From contig NZ_JADJNN010000008.1 of NCBI RefSeq assembly GCF_016714285.1, positions 4,669 through 68,668 on the forward strand: a stretch of DNA of 64,000 nt, in the 5' to 3' direction. Position 1 is the first letter of the stretch. Each line of letters starts with the position of its first letter. The position numbers and the translations under genes are program-made. Below are positions 56,271 to 64,000 of this stretch, one piece after another. The stretch is from Nannocystis sp. (GTDB lineage Bacteria > Myxococcota_A > Polyangia > Nannocystales > Nannocystaceae). A model generated the notes under the pieces. It was not told where the DNA came from and did no database searches. It worked only from the letters and a program-made list of their open reading frames with translations.

Positions 56271-56315
56271 ACCGTGTTCACCGTGGGGCCGCGGTGAGCG
56301 ATGCTGCGCCCGTGA

Positions 56316-57698
56316 TCACAGGCTGGCGGCGGGGAGGTCGACGATCGGGCCGAGGTCGAGGTCGGCGAGCGGGGCGTCGACGAGGGACGGGTCGCCGACG
56401 ACGACGATCTGGAGGTCGTCGAGGGCGAAGTGGCTGCGCAGCGAGCGGGTGACCGCGGCGGCGTCGCAGGGTGGGGGGCGAGCGTTCGGGAGCGCGTGCC
56501 AGTGGGCGCGGGCGAGGCTCTGCAGCTGGTCGGCGTCGGTCTGGCGGCGGTACAGCTGCTCCAGGGCCTCGTGGACGCAGACGCGGGCGACGAGCCCGGG
56601 AGCGAGGCCCTGGCGGCGCAGGCGGGCGAGGGTGTCGGCGATGACGCCGAGGCTGCGGCCGACGGCGGCGGCGTCGACCTGGGTGACGATGCGGAGCAGG
56701 CCCGGGCCGCGGGCGGGCTCGCGGCTCACTTCGACGCCGTAGGTCGCGGCCATGTCGTCGCGCAGGCGCTCGCCGAGGGCGCTCTGCACGATGTCGGCGG
56801 CGACCTGGGTGGCGAGGTCGTCCTCGGCGATCGCGGCGGCGCGGCCGAGCACGACGACGGCCTGGGCGAGGCCCGGGCGGGCGATGCGGTGGATGGCGCG
56901 GCGCGGGGCGGGCGCGAGGGCGGGGAGCCCCTGCGGGTCGGCGGGGCCGCTCCAGCCGGCGAGTCTGGGGGCGGCGGCGGCGACGAGGGCCTGCGGGTCG
57001 GCGTCGCCGGCGACGACGATCGTCAGCGCGGCGGGGCCGAGGCTGCGCTGGCCGTGCTCGCGGACCTGCTCCAAGGACCATGTCCCGGAGGACAGCTCGC
57101 TGGTCGCGTGGGGGTGGCCGGGCGGGAGGCTGACGCGGCGCAGGCCGGCGAGCGCGAGGGTTGTTGGGTCGTCGCGGGCGCGGGCCCGGGCGGCGGCGAG
57201 TTCGGCGGTGATGTCGGCCAACTCGGCGGCCAGCTCGGCGGCGTCGCCGGGCTGGTCGAGCGGGCGGCGGATCGCAGCGAGGAGGGCGCGCAGCGCCGCG
57301 GGGGCGTGCTCGGCGGGGACCTCGGTGGCGAGCAGGGCGCCCGAGCTGCTGATGTGCAGCTGCGGCGCGCCGCCGAGGTCGGCGAGGGCGGCGGCGAGGC
57401 TGCCCTCGCGCTCGTCGTGGCCGCGCAGGAGGCCGAGCAGGAGGGCGCTGAGGCCCGGGCGATCGGGCGGGTCGCTGGCGTGGCCGAGGCGGAGCGACAG
57501 GCCGAGGGCGACGCTGCGCGGGCCGGCGCCGGGGCGCGTGATCGGGGTGAAGTGCAGCGGCACGTCGGCGACGACGAGGCGACGGGTGGCGGGCGCGGGC
57601 GGGAGCGCGGGCGCGGGCGGGGCCGGCGGCGGCGTGCGCCGCCAGACCGAGCAGGCGAGGGTGGCGGCGGCGAGGGTGAGGACGAGGGCGCGAGACAT
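56316..57698 (-). CDS. M16-family peptidase-like lipoprotein (non-catalytic/C-terminal-type subunit)
   Basis: ATG 57698; lipobox LAC. M16 C-terminal-domain-like sequence, no HxxEH. 460 aa. Paired with the upstream M16 gene. Confidence 0.75.
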   Translation of the reverse strand: MSRALVLTLAAATLACSVWRRTPPPAPPAPALPPAPATRRLVVADVPLHFTPITRPGAGPRSVALGLSLRLGHASDPPDRPGLSALLLGLLRGHDEREGSLAAALADLGGAPQLHISSSGALLATEVPAEHAPAALRALLAAIRRPLDQPGDAAELAAELADITAELAAARARARDDPTTLALAGLRRVSLPPGHPHATSELSSGTWSLEQVREHGQRSLGPAALTIVVAGDADPQALVAAAAPRLAGWSGPADPQGLPALAPAPRRAIHRIARPGLAQAVVVLGRAAAIAEDDLATQVAADIVQSALGERLRDDMAATYGVEVSREPARGPGLLRIVTQVDAAAVGRSLGVIADTLARLRRQGLAPGLVARVCVHEALEQLYRRQTDADQLQSLARAHWHALPNARPPPCDAAAVTRSLRSHFALDDLQIVVVGDPSLVDAPLADLDLGPIVDLPAASL

Positions 57699-57848
57699 GG
57701 CGCGGGGGACAGGTGCGAGGAGACAGGTGCGAAGGGACAGGTTGGAAGGGACAGGTGGGATGGCCGCGGGGACAGGTGCGAAGGGACAGGTGGGGATGGC
57801 CGAAGGGACAGGTGGGAGGGGACCGGTGGGGATGGCCGAAGGGACAGC
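57699..57848. repeat. intergenic tandem array of eight degenerate 14-22-bp units built on GGGACAGGTG (…GGACAGGTGCGAAG / GGACAGGTTGGAAG / GGACAGGTGGGGATGGCCGAAG…)
   Basis: Read directly between the two M16 peptidase genes. All copies are on the + strand. Confidence 0.9.
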
Positions 57849-59189
57849 TCAGGTGGGTGGGGTGGCGAGGATGATGGCGCGGCGCGGGGCGGCGAGGAGG
57901 GTCCTGGCGGCGGCGGCGACGTCGGCGGGGGTGACGGCGAGCCACTGGGCGAGGTCGTGCTCGAGGCGGTCGGGGTCGCCGAATGCGGCGGCGTAGCCAG
58001 ACAGGAGGCTGGCGCGGGTGAGCAGGTCCTGGGGGGCGCGGCGCAGGCGCTGGGCGAGGCGCAGGCGGGCGCGGCGGAGCTCGGGCTCGGCGAGCTCGCC
58101 GGCGGCGACGCGGGCGAGCACGCCGTCGATCGCGGCGAGCAGGCGGGCCCCGTCGCTGCCGGGCGGGCCGATCAGCTCGATGACGGCGACCGACTGCTGC
58201 GGCTGGCTGAACTGCTCGGCGCCCAGGGCGGCGACGAGGGCGGCGTCGGGGCCGGCGAGGCGGCGGAAGGCGCCGGCGTGGAGGGCCGCGAACAGGACGT
58301 CGAGGGCGGCGTCGCCGTCGGCGTGCAGGCCCGGGCTGGCCCAGCCGCACAGGGCGCTCGGCGGGCCGCCGGTGGCGACGCGCTCGTGCTGCGGGCCGTC
58401 GGCGGGGAGCGGCGGGAGCGGGCGCGGGCGCCTGTCCCGGGGGACAGGTGAGCCGGGGATGCTGGCGAAGTAGCGGTCGATCTGGGCGCGGGTGTCTTGC
58501 GGGAGGTCGCCGACGATCGTGAGGGTGGCGTTGCTCGGGGTGTAGTGGGCGGCGAGGAAGGCGTCGACGTCGGCGGGGCGGATCGCGGCGATCGCCGCGT
58601 GCGGGCCGATGACGGTGTGGTGGTAGGGGTGCTCGGGCGGGAAGAGGCGGGCGAACAGGCGCTCGATGCGGGCGCCGCGGGGGTCGGTCTCGCGTCGCTG
58701 GCGGCGCTCCTGGGCGACGATCGCCTGCACCGAGGCGAGGGTGTGGGCGCCGGTGCTGCCGCGCAGGTAGCCCATGCGGTCGGCCTCGAGCCACAGCACG
58801 GTGGCGAGGCCGGCCTGCGGGGCGAGGGTGTAGTACTCGCTGCTGTGGAGGTCGGTCTCGGCGTTGTCGTGGTGGATGAAGGCGCGGGCGCGGGCGCGTT
58901 CGCGGGCCTCGGCGTCGATGTGGCGCGAGCCCGCGAACATGAGGTGCTCGACGACGTGGGCGAGGCCGCGGCGCTGCGGCGGATCGTCGACGGCGCCGAC
59001 GTGGTAGCGCAGGTGCACGGCGACGAGCGGGAGCCGGGCGTCGCGGCGGAGGATGACCTCGAGGCCGTTGGCGAGGTGGTAGTGCGCGTCGCCGGGGGCG
59101 CGGGCGGAGCTCGGGGTCGCGGGGGCGAGGTCCGGTGCCGCGGGCGCGAGGGCCAGCCAGGCGGGCAGCAGGGCGGCGAGGATGCGCAC
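57849..59189 (-). CDS. M16-family zinc peptidase (pitrilysin-like, HxxEH motif)
   Basis: GTG 59189 (VRILAALLPAWLALAPAAP, a signal peptide). Inverted zinc-binding motif HVVEHLMFAGS. 446 aa. Confidence 0.8.
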   Translation of the reverse strand: MRILAALLPAWLALAPAAPDLAPATPSSARAPGDAHYHLANGLEVILRRDARLPLVAVHLRYHVGAVDDPPQRRGLAHVVEHLMFAGSRHIDAEARERARARAFIHHDNAETDLHSSEYYTLAPQAGLATVLWLEADRMGYLRGSTGAHTLASVQAIVAQERRQRRETDPRGARIERLFARLFPPEHPYHHTVIGPHAAIAAIRPADVDAFLAAHYTPSNATLTIVGDLPQDTRAQIDRYFASIPGSPVPRDRRPRPLPPLPADGPQHERVATGGPPSALCGWASPGLHADGDAALDVLFAALHAGAFRRLAGPDAALVAALGAEQFSQPQQSVAVIELIGPPGSDGARLLAAIDGVLARVAAGELAEPELRRARLRLAQRLRRAPQDLLTRASLLSGYAAAFGDPDRLEHDLAQWLAVTPADVAAAARTLLAAPRRAIILATPPT

Positions 59190-59408
59190 GAATTGACCAT
59201 GGGGCGACGACGTCGCGGGGGTCAAGGGCAGGGCCGGTCGCGGTCCGATCGGGTGGGCGCGAAGCGGGGCGCGCAGGGACGGCGGAGCGTGAAAGGCGGC
59301 GCACACTCGGGCCGGGGCGGGCCTGGGATCCGTACGGGGCGGGCGGCGCCGCGGTCGTGAAGGCCGGCAGAGAAATCTGGTAATGCTCGGGCCGCCGCGG
59401 AGCCTCGC

Positions 59409-60665
59409 TTGTCCACCTCCTCGACTCCTCCCTCCGGCGATCGCCAGACCCCGCCCCAGGTGGTGCGGCCGGACCTGCCGCCGCGCTTCGAGCTCGACCA
59501 CGACTTCACGGAGGCGCTGGCCCACATCGCGGCGATCCGGACCCGCCGCAAGCTCGAGCGCGACCCGGTGTACCGCGAGATCAAGCCGCAGCTCGAGCGG
59601 GTGCTGCGGGGCTTCGAGTGGGACCTCGAGCCGACGCTCGGGACCTCGCTGACGGCGCGGCGGCCGGGCGTGGTGCGGGTGGCGGCGTGGAACGTCGAGC
59701 GAGGCAAGCGCTTCGCCGGGCTGCGGCACGCGCTGACCCACGACCCGGTGCTGCGCGAGGCGGACGTGCTGCTGCTGACGGAGGTCGACATCGGCATGGG
59801 TCGCTCGCAAAACCTCAACGTGCCGCGCGAGCTGGCGGCGGCGCTGGGCATGGGCTACGTGTTCGCCAACTATCACATCGTGCTGGCGGAGGGCGACCGC
59901 GGCGAGCGCGGGCACGGGATCCCGAACACCAAGGCGATGCACGGCTGCGCCCTGCTGACCCGCTTCCCGGTGCTGCGCTTCGAGGCGGTCGACCTGGCGG
60001 AGCGCAAGGACAAGTTCCACGCGACCGAGAAGCGCATCGGCAACAAGCGCACGCTGCTGTGCGAGCTGCTGCTGCCGGACGGGCCGCTGTCGCTGGCGCT
60101 GGTGCACCTCGATCCCTTCACGGGGCCGCGGCACCGGGCGGGCCAGCTGCGGCAGATCGTCGCCCGGCTGCGGCGCTTCGGCGGCGAGCGGATGCTGCTC
60201 GGCGGCGACCTCAACACCAACACCTACGACCTCGGCAGCGGCCAGGGGATGCTCTACAACATGCTCTACAAGCTCACGCGCTTCGGCTTCGAGGGCACGG
60301 TGGAGCAGTACATGAAGCCGGAGGAGATCCTCGAGCGCAAGGTGTTCGACGCGCTGCGAGCGGGCGGGCTGGCGATCGAGGGCTTCAACGACTTCGCCCG
60401 CGGGACCATTTACTACGACGTGTACGACCCGGAGATGGCGCGCAAGGCCCTCGACTACCTGCCGAAGCCGGTGTGTCGGTGGTTGATGGGCTGGCTCGAG
60501 CGCCGGCTCGAGCCGTGGGACGGCCGGGTGCCGCTGCGGGTCGACTGGTTCGCGGGCGCCGGGCTGCGACCGCGCTCGCCGCAGGTGATCGAGCGGCCGA
60601 TGGTCGACGGGCAGATCATCAGCGACCACAACCCGATCCTCGTCGACCTCGAGCTGGCGAACTAG
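59409..60665 (+). CDS. endonuclease/exonuclease/phosphatase (EEP) family protein
   Basis: 418-aa ORF (TTG start in track, so the true start is uncertain). EEP-like segments (VAAWNVERGKRF, LLTEVD, LVHLDPF, ISDHNPILVDLEL). Confidence 0.75.
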   Translation: MSTSSTPPSGDRQTPPQVVRPDLPPRFELDHDFTEALAHIAAIRTRRKLERDPVYREIKPQLERVLRGFEWDLEPTLGTSLTARRPGVVRVAAWNVERGKRFAGLRHALTHDPVLREADVLLLTEVDIGMGRSQNLNVPRELAAALGMGYVFANYHIVLAEGDRGERGHGIPNTKAMHGCALLTRFPVLRFEAVDLAERKDKFHATEKRIGNKRTLLCELLLPDGPLSLALVHLDPFTGPRHRAGQLRQIVARLRRFGGERMLLGGDLNTNTYDLGSGQGMLYNMLYKLTRFGFEGTVEQYMKPEEILERKVFDALRAGGLAIEGFNDFARGTIYYDVYDPEMARKALDYLPKPVCRWLMGWLERRLEPWDGRVPLRVDWFAGAGLRPRSPQVIERPMVDGQIISDHNPILVDLELAN

Positions 60666-60826
60666 GGCGCCGCGGACGTCGCACGACGTCGCCGATGCTG
60701 TGTCGAGCTACGAGGCGGCCACGAAGCGTGGTCGCGCGGGCGCGTGGTCGCGCGGGCGGGTGTGGGTGGGCCTGTCGCTGCGGGCGAGAGACGGGTAAAT
60801 TCGCGGCCCGTGGAGGCGCAGCGGAC

Positions 60827-62614
<1,788 letters not shown>

Positions 62615-62676
62615 CCCGGGCTGGCCCCCGGGACATGCGCCGAAGGACATGGCAGATCGGACATGTCCTCGCGGCC

Positions 62677-64000
62677 ATGTTGATCGCGGGCTGCGCGGCG
62701 CGGGGCAAGGGGACGGCGGCAGCGAGCGCGCCAGCGGCCGAGCAGGCGGCGACGGGCGGCGGGGCGGCGATCGCTGCGTGCACGCAGCAGGCGGCGGTCG
62801 TGGAGCTGGCGCTCGAGCGGCACGCGGATCGCTACCTGTGGGAGGAGATCGAGGCGCTCGTGCAGCGCTGGGTCGCGGCGGGTGGGGCGGGGTCCGGCGT
62901 CACGGCGGGCGGCGGGACGGCGGGGTCCGGCGTCACGGCGGGCGAGCTCGTGGCCTGCGGGCAGGTGGCCGAGGCGGCCTTGTTGGCGGCGGCGCGGCGC
63001 TGGGCCGAGGCGGGTGCGCGTGGCGGCGGTGGGCAGGACCACGACCTGGCGCAGCGGGCCTACCGGGCGCTGGCGAGCCACTTCCCGGGGGCGGAGCAGG
63101 AGCTGGACTTCGCGTTCGGGCGGCTCGACTGGGCGCGGGCGCTGCGGACCGCGAACGAGCTCGGCGAGCAGACGCTGGCGGCCGAGCTCTACGCGTCGGC
63201 GCAGCAGCACCACGCAGCGGCGCTGCGGCGCGGCGGGCTGCGGCCGGAGCAGGCGCGCATGGCAGCGAGCGAGCAGCTCGAGGCGACGCGGCGGGTGCTC
63301 GACTACCAGGCGGGCTGGCAGCCGACGGCGTGGTCGCCCGAGCCGTGGATCTGCGCGCCGGACCCGGGCGGGCGCTGCGTGACGCGGCCGAGCTCGGCGG
63401 TGACGATCCCGCTGCCGCCGGCCGAGGCGCAGATGCTGGCGGCGTACGAGCTGTACCTGGGGGAGCCGGCGACGCGCGAGCTGCCGGAGGCGGCGACGGT
63501 GGCGGTCGATAGGGCCGAGCTGCTGCTGCGGCACGGTCGGCTGGCGGAGGCGGAGGCGGGGCTGCGCGAGGTGCTGCGGGCGCGCGACGGCGACGCGGTC
63601 GGGGCGCGGGCGGGGCTGCTGCTGCTGCGATCGCTGCAGGCGCGCTGGCAAGATCCGGCGGCCTCGCCGGCCGCGCAGGCGCGGGCGCGGGCGGGGCTCA
63701 TCGCCACCACGAGCGAGCTGCAGCGGCTGCGGGCGTGGCACCTGGCGACCCCGGCGGGCGAGGAGATCCGGCGGGCGACGCCGGGGCTGCGGGCGGCGGC
63801 GCTGTGGCAGGCGGCCGCGGCGGCGCGCGCGAGCGGGGCCTTCGCCGAGTGCGCGCAGGTCCTCGAGGACATGTCCGAAGAGACCGGTCCCGAAGGCCAG
63901 CCGGAGTCGACGCTGCGCTTCGAGGCGGCGGCGTGTCACGAGGAGGGCGGGGCCTTCGCGGCGGCGATCGCCGGCTACGGCGAGTGGCTGCGCCGCTTCG
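62677..64000 (+). CDS. hypothetical lipoprotein, Ala/Arg-rich helical (partial; continues beyond window end)
   Basis: ATG 62677 gives MLIAGCAARG (lipobox LIAGC). Frame 1 stays open to 64000 with protein-like composition. The two other + frames in the track have stops or junk. Confidence 0.55.
   Translation, partial: MLIAGCAARGKGTAAASAPAAEQAATGGGAAIAACTQQAAVVELALERHADRYLWEEIEALVQRWVAAGGAGSGVTAGGGTAGSGVTAGELVACGQVAEAALLAAARRWAEAGARGGGGQDHDLAQRAYRALASHFPGAEQELDFAFGRLDWARALRTANELGEQTLAAELYASAQQHHAAALRRGGLRPEQARMAASEQLEATRRVLDYQAGWQPTAWSPEPWICAPDPGGRCVTRPSSAVTIPLPPAEAQMLAAYELYLGEPATRELPEAATVAVDRAELLLRHGRLAEAEAGLREVLRARDGDAVGARAGLLLLRSLQARWQDPAASPAAQARARAGLIATTSELQRLRAWHLATPAGEEIRRATPGLRAAALWQAAAAARASGAFAECAQVLEDMSEETGPEGQPESTLRFEAAACHEEGGAFAAAIAGYGEWLRRF

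Noticed and set aside
57699-57848. Possible CRISPR array (also considered for 10540-10720 and 46160-46326).
   Set aside because: Units are short (14-39 bp) and degenerate. They are contiguous without unique spacers, and two of the arrays are translated in frame inside genes. No cas genes in the window.

Overview
Origin: high-GC (~70%) chromosomal segment, almost certainly myxobacterial (two MYXO-CTERM sorting-signal proteins, three eukaryotic-like Ser/Thr kinases, many lipobox lipoproteins). I call about 50 protein genes and one tRNA-Pro(CGG). No rRNA, CRISPR, transposase, integrase or phage genes are visible, so this does not look like a classical mobile or defence island. Housekeeping content: pdhA-pdhB-E2, serA-cbiX, bioB, purB, rsmD, an aspartate-type aminotransferase, a KefB/KefC-type K+/H+ antiporter, a CopA-like P-type ATPase, an NCS1 permease, and a translationally coupled operon of a coiled-coil response regulator, hflX and uppP. 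Further genes: TetR plus a Coq4-like gene, ECF sigma plus anti-sigma, two M16 peptidases, a trypsin-like protease, an FG-GAP protein, and a DUF1566 protein. Unusual content: (1) a palindromic motif family (GGACATGTCC and CACCTGTCC-N-GGACAGGTG variants) that occurs far more often than base composition predicts, alone, as inverted pairs, and as tandem arrays. (2) Arrays of the same motif inserted in frame into conserved genes (CopA-like ATPase, uppP, hflX tail, lipoproteins). (3) An AbrB/MazE-like small gene plus HNH-endonuclease module preceded by three 16-bp direct repeats. (4) A roughly 900-bp repeat-rich noncoding region (19650-20564). (5) Many 30-110 bp tandem duplications at gene ends and divergent promoters (kefB flanks, NCS1 5' end, serA promoter, pdhA promoter). 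(6) Three apparent frameshifts (kinase-TPR fusion, E2 acetyltransferase, cbiX) that may be sequencing errors. Coordinates were checked by eye against the six-frame ORF track; starts are approximate to within alternative start codons.
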